The notes under the pieces were generated by a model. That model was not told the origin of the DNA, searched no databases, and saw only the letters and a list, made by a program, of their open reading frames with translations. The translations under genes were made by a program, and so were the position numbers. A DNA stretch of 64,000 bases, taken from the sequence record OR354826.1; one strand, 5' to 3'. Positions 1-9,719 of the stretch are shown one piece after another. The stretch is from Staphylococcus phage S-CoN_Ph3. Position 1 is the stretch's first letter, and each line of letters opens with the position of its first letter.

Positions 1-2665
1 AGAAGCATATAATGTTAAAGAAGCTCAATCTATAGTAAAAGAAGCTATTAAGGCAAGAGATAATGCTAAAAAAGAAAATAAAAAACGATACGACCAAGAA
101 GTAGACCATATTAATAGTATGACAGACTTATCTAAAACTGAAAAAGAAAAAATGTTAAAAGATGCTGATGATAGATATAGAAAAGCTAATAAAAAAGCTG
201 ACGACAACCATAAGAAAGTTTTAGACGGCGTTAAGAAAAGCAACGAAGATATAGAAACAGAAATGGATTTATCTAACGGAAAAGTATACAGTAACGCAGA
301 GAAATGGTGGGAAAAAACTAAGAAAGGTTTTGGCAATTTCTTTGGCGATATTGGAAAATCCTTCTCTGACATGGGTAAATCATGGAAGAAAAATTGGGAT
401 GAAATGATAAGTGATATATCTAGCGTTGATTGGTCTGGTATGTGGGACGGTATTAAAAATACCGGTTCCAATATCGGTGGTTGGTTCTCTGAAAAAGGAC
501 AAGAATTTGCTAAATCATTTAAAGGCGGTTGGGATGAAACTGTCACTAGATTAGGAGATTTATGGTCTAAATTGAAAGGGACTGGTTCAAATCTAGGAAC
601 TTGGTTTGCTGAAAAAGGTCGACAATGGTATACTGACTTTAAAGATAGTTGGGAAACAACTAAGCAAACAGCCGGAGATTTATGGCAAGGTCTTAAAAAT
701 ACTGGAACAGGTTTAGGTCAATGGTTTGGTCAAAAAGGTTCTCAATGGTATAATAATTTCAAAAACAGTTGGGAAACGACTAAACAGACTGCTGGAGACC
801 TTTGGGCTGGTATTAAAAATACTGGTGCTGGACTAGGCGAGTGGTTTGGTAAAAAAGGCGCACAGTGGTATAATAACTTTAAAAGTCAATGGGACTTAGC
901 TAAATCAACCGCTGGAGATTTATGGAATGGAATCAAATCCACAGGGGCTAACTTAGGTCAATGGTTTGGTCAAAAAGGTGGTCAATTGTGGGGTGCTCTA
1001 AAATCTGGTTGGACTAATGCTGTAAATACTACAGGAAATCTTTGGGGCACTATTACTGGAAAAATGGCTACCGGTTGGGAATCTGTAAAAGGCTGGTTCG
1101 CAACAAAAGGTATGCAAATGGTATCAGCAATAGCTCAAGGTTGGAACTCTACTGTTCATATAGTAGGAACAGCGTTCGGTAATCTATGGGGCACTGTTAA
1201 ACGTATCTGGGCTGGAATGTTCGGTACAGTGTCTTATTGGTCAGGTTTAATCTGGGGCAGAGTTAAAGCTGTCTTTGGTTGGATTGGTAACAAAATTGGT
1301 GGCTCTTTAAGTAGTGCTTGGAAACGAACTCAAGTTATTTGGAAAGGTATTAAAGGAACCTTTACTTATTGGACTGGAGTAATCTGGACTAGGGTCAAAA
1401 CTGTATTTAACTGGATTAAAGGAAAAATAGGTAGTGCTTTAATGGGTGCTTGGAAATCAGCACAAAGAATTTGGAAGGGCATGAAAGGAACTTTCACTTA
1501 TTGGACAGGCGCTATTTGGAATCGTGTAAAATCAGTATTTGGTTGGATTAAAAATAGAATCAGCTCAACACTAAACGGCGCTTGGAAAATTGTACAACGT
1601 GTCTGGAAAGGTATTAAAGGTACGATAACTTATTGGACAGGTGCTATTTGGAATAGAATCAAGTCTATTTTTGGTGCAATTAAGAATAAAATAAGCTCTA
1701 CAATGAACGCTGCCTGGAAGATTATGCAAAGAATCTGGAAAGGTATGAAGGGTACAGTAACATACTGGACTGGAGCTATACTTGGTAGAGTAAAATCTAT
1801 TTTTGGAACAATGAAAAATACTATTTCTAAAATAATGAATAGAATCAAATCTATTATGTCAAATATTTGGCGTTCTATCAAGAGAAATAGTGTTGATTTA
1901 ATGACTGGTATGTGGAACAGAATCAAGAGTGTATTTAACAATATGGTTGACGGAGTTAAAACTTTTGGTTCATCTGTTAAAAAACATATTGACGACATGG
2001 TTGGCGGTGTTAAAAAAGGTCTTAATGGATTGATTAACGGTGTTAACTGGGTCGGCGGAAAATTAGGTATAGACAAAAAAATACCTAAACTTTCTGTTGG
2101 TACAGAATCTACTCACACACAAAACTTTGTGAAAAATGGTGCTATCAGCACTCCAACACTAGCAACTGTTAATGATAAAGGACCTGGTAATGGTATTGGT
2201 AGAAATGGTCATCAAGAATTAATTCAACGTAAAAACGGTTCATTATTAGCACCACAAGGAAAAGATGTAGTAGTTCCATTAAACAAAGGCGATAAAGTAA
2301 TTAATGGTAAAACTACTCAAAAAATGCGTAAACAAGGTCTTATTCCTAAGTTTTCTCGTGGTACTGATGAGGGAGACCTTGTCAGAAGAAGCATGTTAAA
2401 AGATGCAAAAAGAGCAAAACGTAAACAAAAAAGAAAACATAATCATAGTCATGGTATAGACGCCGGAGAAATGATGGGTCAAGGCGGCATGGGCGGTGCT
2501 GCAAAAGAAGCATGGAAATATGTAGAAGACAAAACCAAAAATATTGGTAAGAAAACTGGTAAAACAGTTTCATCATTGAGTAACGGCGCACAAAAAATGC
2601 TTAACACTTCTAAAGAAGCACTAGGTGCTGCTGGAGATTGGGCTAAGAAAAAGCCGGAGACTTAA
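1..2665 (+). CDS. tail tape measure protein (5' end lies upstream of the window; frame open from nt 2)
   Basis: 848-aa ORF with upstream frame open to window edge; Trp/Gly-rich tandem repeats, Lys-rich C-terminus, sits directly upstream of tail lysin and baseplate genes. Confidence 0.7.
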   Translation, partial: EAYNVKEAQSIVKEAIKARDNAKKENKKRYDQEVDHINSMTDLSKTEKEKMLKDADDRYRKANKKADDNHKKVLDGVKKSNEDIETEMDLSNGKVYSNAEKWWEKTKKGFGNFFGDIGKSFSDMGKSWKKNWDEMISDISSVDWSGMWDGIKNTGSNIGGWFSEKGQEFAKSFKGGWDETVTRLGDLWSKLKGTGSNLGTWFAEKGRQWYTDFKDSWETTKQTAGDLWQGLKNTGTGLGQWFGQKGSQWYNNFKNSWETTKQTAGDLWAGIKNTGAGLGEWFGKKGAQWYNNFKSQWDLAKSTAGDLWNGIKSTGANLGQWFGQKGGQLWGALKSGWTNAVNTTGNLWGTITGKMATGWESVKGWFATKGMQMVSAIAQGWNSTVHIVGTAFGNLWGTVKRIWAGMFGTVSYWSGLIWGRVKAVFGWIGNKIGGSLSSAWKRTQVIWKGIKGTFTYWTGVIWTRVKTVFNWIKGKIGSALMGAWKSAQRIWKGMKGTFTYWTGAIWNRVKSVFGWIKNRISSTLNGAWKIVQRVWKGIKGTITYWTGAIWNRIKSIFGAIKNKISSTMNAAWKIMQRIWKGMKGTVTYWTGAILGRVKSIFGTMKNTISKIMNRIKSIMSNIWRSIKRNSVDLMTGMWNRIKSVFNNMVDGVKTFGSSVKKHIDDMVGGVKKGLNGLINGVNWVGGKLGIDKKIPKLSVGTESTHTQNFVKNGAISTPTLATVNDKGPGNGIGRNGHQELIQRKNGSLLAPQGKDVVVPLNKGDKVINGKTTQKMRKQGLIPKFSRGTDEGDLVRRSMLKDAKRAKRKQKRKHNHSHGIDAGEMMGQGGMGGAAKEAWKYVEDKTKNIGKKTGKTVSSLSNGAQKMLNTSKEALGAAGDWAKKKPET
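554..1033 (+). repeat. four tandem 120-bp (40-aa) repeats inside tape measure gene, consensus GDLWxGxKxTGxxLGxWFxxKGxQWYxxFKxSWETTKQTA
   Basis: unit starts at 554, 674, 794 and 914 read directly from the translated ORF. Confidence 0.6.
1187..1850 (+). repeat. about five tandem 132-bp (44-aa) Trp-rich repeats inside tape measure gene, consensus AWKxxQRIWKGxKGTxTYWTGxIWNRVKSxFGWIKNxISSxLNx
   Basis: repeat-initial TGG codons at 1187, 1319, 1451, 1583 and 1715 (132-bp period), degenerating after about 1850. Confidence 0.6.
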
Positions 2666-3987
2666 TGGATTATGTTGGACATCCAGGCAAACTTTTACAA
2701 AAAGTAATGAGTGAGTTTGGTGCTGACTTTAGTATGGTTAAAGGGGAAATCCCTTCTATGCTTTGGGACGCAATGTGGAAACGTCTAAAAGAAGCTGTAG
2801 AATCATTATTCAATGACTGGTTAGACGACGCTATGGAAGGCGATGGCGACGGTAAATATATCAAATATCTTGATAATATCACTACGCCATATAGTCCTAA
2901 TGGACCACCACCAGGCTATGCGTTTAATTGGGCGCATCCTGGTATTGACTTACCTTATATATACGAAAAAGTTCAAACACCATTAGAAGGTAAAGTTCAA
3001 ACTAAAGATACTGGTAATGTTGGATTCGGTCATCATGTCGTTGTTAAAGCGAAGCCTTATGACGCATATTTCGGTCATATGAGTAAATGGTCAGTTAAGA
3101 ATGGACAACACGTAAAACCAGGAGATGTACTTGGTATATCTGGTAACACAGGTTCAAGTACAGGACCACACTTACACTATGAAATGAACAAGCACGGAAT
3201 GGGTTCTATGACTGGTCACTCTATCGACCCTGTTAAGTGGTTAAAATCACATAACGGAAGTAAAGGTGGACGTGGCGGTGTAAACAAATCTGCAAGCGCT
3301 TGGTCTGGAGATATCAGACGTGCTGCTAAACAAATGCACACAAGCGTTTCTTCTAGTGATGTTAGCCGAATTGTTAGCCTTATCCAACATGAATCTGGTG
3401 GTAACGCTGGAGTAACACAATCTAGTGGATTACGAGATATTAACGTATTACAAGGTAATCCAGCGAAAGGTCTATTACAATTTATTCCACAAACATTTAG
3501 ACACTATGCTGTTCGTGGTCATGGTAACATTATGAGTGGTTATGACCAATTACTTGCATTCTTCAATAATAAATATTGGAGAAGCCAATTTAACCCAGGT
3601 GGCGGTTGGTCTCCTAGTGGACCTAGAAGATATGCAAATGGTGGCATGATTAAGAAACATGGTTTATATGAAGCTGGAGAAGGTAATAGACCAGAAATGG
3701 TATTACCACTCACTAAGAAAAATCGTTCTATGCAATTAATCGAACAAGCCAAATCGTTCATGGGAATTAAAGATGACCCCGTTTCTGTTGATAATGGCAA
3801 CGGTGCTATAGATATTATAGCAAAACTCTTAGAACAAAACAATAGATTATTAGAAACTATTGTCAATGTAGTAGATAATAAAGAATTAGTTGTTGACGGA
3901 CAGGCTATTACAAATAGTGTCAGTCAGAACTTAGGTAGTAAATATAATCAGTCTAGCTACCATCGTGGCAAGAAACACAAAAGATAA
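2665..3987 (+). CDS. tail-associated peptidoglycan hydrolase: peptidase M23 domain plus lytic transglycosylase (SLT) domain
   Basis: M23 motifs GHHVVV...YFGHMS...GNTGSSTGPHLHYE; SLT motif IQHESGGNAG...GLLQFIPQTF; start overlaps tape measure stop (TAATGG). Confidence 0.65.
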   Translation: MDYVGHPGKLLQKVMSEFGADFSMVKGEIPSMLWDAMWKRLKEAVESLFNDWLDDAMEGDGDGKYIKYLDNITTPYSPNGPPPGYAFNWAHPGIDLPYIYEKVQTPLEGKVQTKDTGNVGFGHHVVVKAKPYDAYFGHMSKWSVKNGQHVKPGDVLGISGNTGSSTGPHLHYEMNKHGMGSMTGHSIDPVKWLKSHNGSKGGRGGVNKSASAWSGDIRRAAKQMHTSVSSSDVSRIVSLIQHESGGNAGVTQSSGLRDINVLQGNPAKGLLQFIPQTFRHYAVRGHGNIMSGYDQLLAFFNNKYWRSQFNPGGGWSPSGPRRYANGGMIKKHGLYEAGEGNRPEMVLPLTKKNRSMQLIEQAKSFMGIKDDPVSVDNGNGAIDIIAKLLEQNNRLLETIVNVVDNKELVVDGQAITNSVSQNLGSKYNQSSYHRGKKHKR

Positions 3988-4000
3988 GGAGATGTAATTA

Positions 4001-4837
4001 ATGGCAGGAGATAGATGGGTAAAGGTAATTAAGCCTAATAAAAGTGATATTTTATTAACAGACATTCCAGGTCTCCATTTTCTGGAATGGAATATCCCAT
4101 CTCCTGTTACTAATTCACAAGAACTAGAATTAACAGGCATTGACGGTGTTCTTCCTAGTAGGAACACCTACGGTGCTTTTGATTTAGAATTGTTATTTTA
4201 TTTTGCTGGAACAGATTCTAAAGATTTGAATTTATTCTCTCAAAGAATGAAAAGTCTAGTAAATGAGAGAGACCCTTTTTATATAGTTCATTCTGATATG
4301 CCTAGATTTAAATATGCTGTAAATTCAGCTGAAATAGAATATGATAAAATAACAGTAGCAGATATGAATTTCACAATTAAATTTCATTGCTATAAAGGAT
4401 ATGCAGAATCTTTATACAGTACAAAACATTATAGTCTATCAGATGATAATTGGCAATTCCAAAGTGGATTAGTAACTGATGAGGAGATTAAATATACTTT
4501 CCATTCAAATGGATTTAAAGTCTTTAATGGTGGAGACGATGAAATTAACCCACTATATAGACATAATTTAAAAATATATATCAATGTAGATGCCCCAAAC
4601 GGTTTTACTATTAGAAATAAAACAAACGGGACTTCTTTAACTTATAAAGGAAGTATTAAAAAGAATAGAACTTTTGTTATAAATGGAATTTATTCTATTA
4701 TAGATAATAAAAGAGTTGGAAAAGATACTGATTACGGTATTATTACTTTAGAACAAGGATATAATGATATTGAAATAGATGGAACTTCAATAGGTTCAGC
4801 AAAATGTAGATTTGATTTTAACTTTATTTATAGATAA
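4001..4837 (+). CDS. hypothetical tail/baseplate protein (position suggests distal tail protein)
   Basis: 278-aa ORF, RBS AAGGAGATG upstream, position after tape measure and lysin genes; no motif recognised. Confidence 0.35.
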   Translation: MAGDRWVKVIKPNKSDILLTDIPGLHFLEWNIPSPVTNSQELELTGIDGVLPSRNTYGAFDLELLFYFAGTDSKDLNLFSQRMKSLVNERDPFYIVHSDMPRFKYAVNSAEIEYDKITVADMNFTIKFHCYKGYAESLYSTKHYSLSDDNWQFQSGLVTDEEIKYTFHSNGFKVFNGGDDEINPLYRHNLKIYINVDAPNGFTIRNKTNGTSLTYKGSIKKNRTFVINGIYSIIDNKRVGKDTDYGIITLEQGYNDIEIDGTSIGSAKCRFDFNFIYR

Positions 4838-4850
4838 GGGAGGTAGAAGA

Positions 4851-5360
4851 ATGCACGAAGAAATTTTAATTATAGAAGATGAAAACAAAAACGTATCAGA
4901 ACCGTTTATTGATTATTTATATGAATCTTTTAACTATGAACATGAAGAAAACGGTGCTCGTTCTATCTCTTTTACTGCCTATAAAACAGATGAAAACCAA
5001 GATGTTTATTATTATTTGGTTAATGATAATTATATAATATATGCAGGACAATATTTTGTTATTAAAAATGTTGCTATAAAATCAGACAATACAAGTATAC
5101 AAGCTGACATAACCGCTGAACACATAATGTTTGAATTGCAAAATCATTATATAGAAAAGGAAAATGAAGAAGATGTAACAGTTGAAGTTAGTGATGATAC
5201 TGAATCTGAAACTGAAAAAGTAATAACAATGACAGCAAAAGAATATATAGAAAATGGTTTAAAAGATAATAAATTAGGATATACTTTTGAATTTATTGGT
5301 AAACATAATGTTAAGAAAAAGTTGATTCTCTTGGAGAAAAGAATGGTATGGAATATTTAA
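4851..5360 (+). CDS. hypothetical tail/baseplate protein
   Basis: ORF track 4812..5360; start placed at ATG 4851 which is preceded by GGGAGGTAGAAGA and follows stop of previous gene. Confidence 0.35.
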   Translation: MHEEILIIEDENKNVSEPFIDYLYESFNYEHEENGARSISFTAYKTDENQDVYYYLVNDNYIIYAGQYFVIKNVAIKSDNTSIQADITAEHIMFELQNHYIEKENEEDVTVEVSDDTESETEKVITMTAKEYIENGLKDNKLGYTFEFIGKHNVKKKLILLEKRMVWNI

Positions 5361-6406
5361 CTTCTGGAGCTGAAACATTTGGTTATATTTATTTTGCTGA
5401 CAATAAAAATATAAAAATATATGACCAAAAATCATACGGAACAGTAAATGACACTGTTATTAGATATAAGTATAATACGTCTAATATGGAGCTTACTATG
5501 AACTCTGCGGATGTTAAAACAGCAATTAAAGGATATGGTAAAAAAATATCTGATAAGGAATTAAAAAATTATAATGATAAAAAAACTAAAGACATGGAAT
5601 TAAATGGTAATTTTATAAAACATGGAACATGGAGAACAGAAAATATAGGAGATAGTTATTCATACACACTGGATTGTAAGTGGGGAGATGAAACATTAAT
5701 TTGGACACTTAAAAAAATGTCTAAAGGCGGAACACTAGATGTTTATCTTGATAACAAGAAAATAGGTAGTTATGATTGTTATAGTGAGAATGCTAAAACA
5801 GAAAAGAAAACACTTTCTAAAAACCTTTCAAAAGGTAAGCATACTTTTAAAGCAGTATTTACTGGAAAGAAAAATGGTGTCGATTATAAAAAATCAAAAC
5901 CTTGTATGTATATTGGAACTGAAAAATCTGTTGTTCTTAAAACAGAAAGCAAAAGAACACCAGAGAAAACTTACCATGTTGTATCTGAATATCGTTCTCC
6001 TAACTTTAATCCTAAATTGCCAAAATATGCACCTTCTGTTTATTCAGAAGATATAGTTGACAAAAAAGAGTTGGACAAAGAATTAAAAGAAACATTACAA
6101 GATAAACCGGTTATTGAATTATCTGTTACTTATAATGGTCTTGAAAAATTTCAAGAAGACAGTATTATAAGATTTATACATGAGCCTACTGGAATTAGCG
6201 ATGATTTAAGAGTTGTTAGTTTTAAAAAGTCTTTAGACTTAATGAACCAACCATTAGAGATTGGTTTTAGTAATGCTAAGACAGATATTATAAAAATACA
6301 ACAACAAATTGATAATAATATTAAACTTGCAACAACACCATTAGGATATGGTAATTCAGCACCGATTTATTCTTCGGTTATAGGGAGTGTATTAGTAGAT
6401 GAGTAG
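5348..6406 (+). CDS. hypothetical tail/baseplate protein
   Basis: 352-aa ORF, overlaps neighbours by a few nt (operon packing). Confidence 0.35.
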   Translation: MEYLTSGAETFGYIYFADNKNIKIYDQKSYGTVNDTVIRYKYNTSNMELTMNSADVKTAIKGYGKKISDKELKNYNDKKTKDMELNGNFIKHGTWRTENIGDSYSYTLDCKWGDETLIWTLKKMSKGGTLDVYLDNKKIGSYDCYSENAKTEKKTLSKNLSKGKHTFKAVFTGKKNGVDYKKSKPCMYIGTEKSVVLKTESKRTPEKTYHVVSEYRSPNFNPKLPKYAPSVYSEDIVDKKELDKELKETLQDKPVIELSVTYNGLEKFQEDSIIRFIHEPTGISDDLRVVSFKKSLDLMNQPLEIGFSNAKTDIIKIQQQIDNNIKLATTPLGYGNSAPIYSSVIGSVLVDE

Positions 6407-7028
6407 ATATATTGATATAAGGAACTTACAAGATAGTAAAGGTAATGTATATTATCCACAGACGCATGCAGAAGCAGTAGAAGGTCTTGATGTGAATGAT
6501 ATTGAAAACTCTATTACTGAACTTGAAGGCAGTGTAAACACCATAAATGAAACTTTATCGCAAAAAGCAGATGATACTCAGCAACAAGACGCAATGAATC
6601 AGCAACAAGAAAAAATAGATGGTTTAGATAAAAACATTCAATTCTTAAATTCTGCATTATCAGATGTAGTAGGAGACACTGGTTGGAAAGATTATCAAGT
6701 AGCAAAGGGATTCGATAAGAATGGTGGCTTAAAAAGTGGTTTTGAATGTGGAATTAGAGAGATAAGAATTGGAAATAAACAATCTCCAATAGTAAGAATA
6801 CGGACAATAAGAGTGAATATAGGGCTTGTGCCTCATAATCTGTCTGTAGCAAGACTTCCTATAGGTTTTGTTGATGAAGTTATTAGATTTGTACCAGGTG
6901 TTAGTAGTGGACATACTCCACCTGTAATTGGTATTGACCCAGACGGAACCATGAAAGTATATTTCCCACCAGAGGACAGAGACGGAAATCAATGGATTTA
7001 TGGACAATATACATGGATTGTAAATTAA
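6399..7028 (+). CDS. hypothetical tail/baseplate protein
   Basis: 209-aa ORF in co-directional tail operon. Confidence 0.3.
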   Translation: MSRYIDIRNLQDSKGNVYYPQTHAEAVEGLDVNDIENSITELEGSVNTINETLSQKADDTQQQDAMNQQQEKIDGLDKNIQFLNSALSDVVGDTGWKDYQVAKGFDKNGGLKSGFECGIREIRIGNKQSPIVRIRTIRVNIGLVPHNLSVARLPIGFVDEVIRFVPGVSSGHTPPVIGIDPDGTMKVYFPPEDRDGNQWIYGQYTWIVN

Positions 7029-7040
7029 GAAAGGTGGTAA

Positions 7041-9719
7041 ATGATTTTGAGATTATTTTTAGATTTCCCTGTTGAATTAGGGCAAGAGTTTAGATATAAA
7101 ACAGTAGAAAATTTCAAAAGAATCGTTAATGCTCATGGGCGTTTAGTTGATGATTTAGAATACCATAGAAAAGAAGAAAAGCACGCACATGATGCTAAAC
7201 AAATTGATTACACAACAAGTTATTCAAGAAGTGTTAGTGACGCATTAGATAAACAGAACAATAGAATCAATAATCTAGTAGTCGGTGCAAATGGAGATGC
7301 TATGGCAGAAGTTAAAGATAGCCGAGTTGCATTAGACGGAACAATAAGTGAATTGCTTTCACAAAGATTAGATTATGATTTTGGTAAATTGAATAAAAAA
7401 ATAGATGATAACTTTAAGTACCTTAACGATAAGATTGAACGTATTGTTAATGTTAATGATTATGGCGCTGACCCTACAGGTCAAAAAGATTCAACATTAG
7501 CATTTCAAAAAGCATTTGGAGAAGGTCATAGACACGTTCATATGACAGAAGGTACTTATATTATATCTGGTATTAAAATGCCTAACTACACTATTTTAAG
7601 TGGAGAAGGTAAAGGGATAACATATTTAAGAATTGCTGATGATGCTCCAGCTGAAACAATTGGTATAACTAACTTAAATATGGATGGAACAGCTGAATAT
7701 ATCGGTGTTGATAATTTCACAATTGATGGAAATAGAACAAGACAAGGAAACACGTTATCTCCAGCTGGTGGTTCACGTTCAAGTAATATTAGATTTGCTG
7801 GTGTTAAGCATGGTTTTGCATGTTCTGTAGAATCATTTAGTAGTTTATTACATGGTATTGATGTAACGTACGCTAGTGATGATTATTTCTATCAAGGAGA
7901 CGGAATCAGAGTAAATGAAGCATTAGAAAGTAAATACATTCATATACAAGAATGTGAAACTTATGATTTCGGAGATGATGGTATCACTACTCATCATAGT
8001 AGATACTTAATTCTACAAAATAATTATTCACATGACCCAGTAAAAGATAGTGGGAACCATAACGGTATTGAAGTAGACGATGGTTCACAACATGTATTTG
8101 TTATGGGTAACAAAACAGAAAAATGTTTTGGTGGTTTAGAAATCAAAGCACACGAACCTACAAGCGCAGCAAGCGATGTTGTTGTAAGTGACCATATTGA
8201 TATTAAAAGTATTCGTTCTTATAATATTCGTCATATCGGACATCATAGAGCTGGGGATGTACAATCTAAAACAGCTTATAATATTATGTTGAATAACTGT
8301 ACTTCATTATATCCACAATATAATGGTTCATATGAGAACACAACACCAAGAGCAATGGTTATTTGTGCTTACAGAAATGTAGTCGTTAATAACTTTACAG
8401 CTATTGGCGATGGCAACTTTATGGCAAATATGCCAGTTATTGCTGTTCAATTCAGAGCTGAAAATGTTATGCTTAATAATATTAATGTAAGTGGTTTCAA
8501 AAATTCATTAGCTGATGTTAAAGTATTTGGTGGAGCAAATAGACCTAAAAAAGTATCATTATCTAATATCAACATTGTTAATTCATCTAACAATAGAGGT
8601 ATTGCAGGCGGTGGAAAAATTTATGATTTAAGAATTATAAATGCTAACTTGCAAGGTAATGGTACAGGAAATGGTGTTGAATTATATAACAACACGGCTG
8701 AAATTGTTGGAGTAAGTGCTGAGAATTATAAAAGACCAGCTATGATTGCTGGAAAAGAGTATTTTTATATGCCCACAAGTCTTAAAGGAGGATTTAGTGG
8801 AGGGAGTACAGGTAGTGCAGCTATTGCTGAAAGAAGTGCTGTTATTGCCTCTACTGATGGTTCCTTTGCTCATAGTAACCGTTCTTTTGTTATAGGCTCT
8901 GGTGCTGGTAGTATTGCTAATGGTTCACGTTCTGGTGTTATTAGTTCATTGTCATCTGTTATTGAGCCAGGCGGACATACTAGAATGATTATTAATAGTA
9001 AAAACATGAAAAACAGTGAAAACTATCACATTAAAGCTGGTTATGGAGCTGACGGTCCACCAAGTGAATCAAATACTAAACTTGATATTAGTACATTTAC
9101 TGGTACAATCAAGACAGCAGGACAAGTTCAATCTGGACAAAACTTTGGGGACTATGCCGAGTATTTTGAATCACAAAGTGGTATGGCAATTCCTACTGGT
9201 AATATAGTTACACTTGATGGCAGATTTATAAGAAAAGCACAAGTCAATGATATTCCAATCGGTGTTATATCTGAGACAGCAGGAGTTATTTTAGGGGACC
9301 AAATGTTCCATCACAAAGATAAATATCTTAAAAATGAGTTTGGCGGAGTCATTACTGAAAGCGTCAAAAAAGAATGGCAAGATGATGCTGGTAATTGGTA
9401 TTCAGATACAGTAGAAATGCCAGTTAAAAATCCAGATTTTGACGAACGAGACGAAGAAGAATATCTATCTCGTGCTGAACGACCAGAATGGAACGTTGTA
9501 GGTCTTATAGGTCAAGTATATATTAGAATAGATGGTACTGTCAAAGAAAATGATTATATTAAGCCAGTAAACGGTGTCGGAACTAAAGATAATATTAATG
9601 GTTATTATAGAGTTGAACAAATTACTACCCCATATGATAACGATAAAGGTTATGGTGTGGCAATTGCATTTATCCACCCTATTACACCAAGCATAATTAA
9701 TAAAGGAAGTGTTAAATAA
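7041..9719 (+). CDS. tail fibre / tailspike with pectate-lyase-type right-handed beta-helix domain
   Basis: N-terminal region VNVNDYGADPTGQKDSTLAFQKAF typical of pectate_lyase_3 beta-helix proteins; Gly/Ser-rich repeats; 892 aa. Confidence 0.5.
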   Translation: MILRLFLDFPVELGQEFRYKTVENFKRIVNAHGRLVDDLEYHRKEEKHAHDAKQIDYTTSYSRSVSDALDKQNNRINNLVVGANGDAMAEVKDSRVALDGTISELLSQRLDYDFGKLNKKIDDNFKYLNDKIERIVNVNDYGADPTGQKDSTLAFQKAFGEGHRHVHMTEGTYIISGIKMPNYTILSGEGKGITYLRIADDAPAETIGITNLNMDGTAEYIGVDNFTIDGNRTRQGNTLSPAGGSRSSNIRFAGVKHGFACSVESFSSLLHGIDVTYASDDYFYQGDGIRVNEALESKYIHIQECETYDFGDDGITTHHSRYLILQNNYSHDPVKDSGNHNGIEVDDGSQHVFVMGNKTEKCFGGLEIKAHEPTSAASDVVVSDHIDIKSIRSYNIRHIGHHRAGDVQSKTAYNIMLNNCTSLYPQYNGSYENTTPRAMVICAYRNVVVNNFTAIGDGNFMANMPVIAVQFRAENVMLNNINVSGFKNSLADVKVFGGANRPKKVSLSNINIVNSSNNRGIAGGGKIYDLRIINANLQGNGTGNGVELYNNTAEIVGVSAENYKRPAMIAGKEYFYMPTSLKGGFSGGSTGSAAIAERSAVIASTDGSFAHSNRSFVIGSGAGSIANGSRSGVISSLSSVIEPGGHTRMIINSKNMKNSENYHIKAGYGADGPPSESNTKLDISTFTGTIKTAGQVQSGQNFGDYAEYFESQSGMAIPTGNIVTLDGRFIRKAQVNDIPIGVISETAGVILGDQMFHHKDKYLKNEFGGVITESVKKEWQDDAGNWYSDTVEMPVKNPDFDERDEEEYLSRAERPEWNVVGLIGQVYIRIDGTVKENDYIKPVNGVGTKDNINGYYRVEQITTPYDNDKGYGVAIAFIHPITPSIINKGSVK

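Noticed and set aside
25-546. 173-aa minus-strand ORF antisense to the tape measure gene
   Set aside because: Low-complexity Ser/Leu-rich translation and no RBS. It is fully embedded in a strongly supported plus-strand gene, so it is an antisense artefact.
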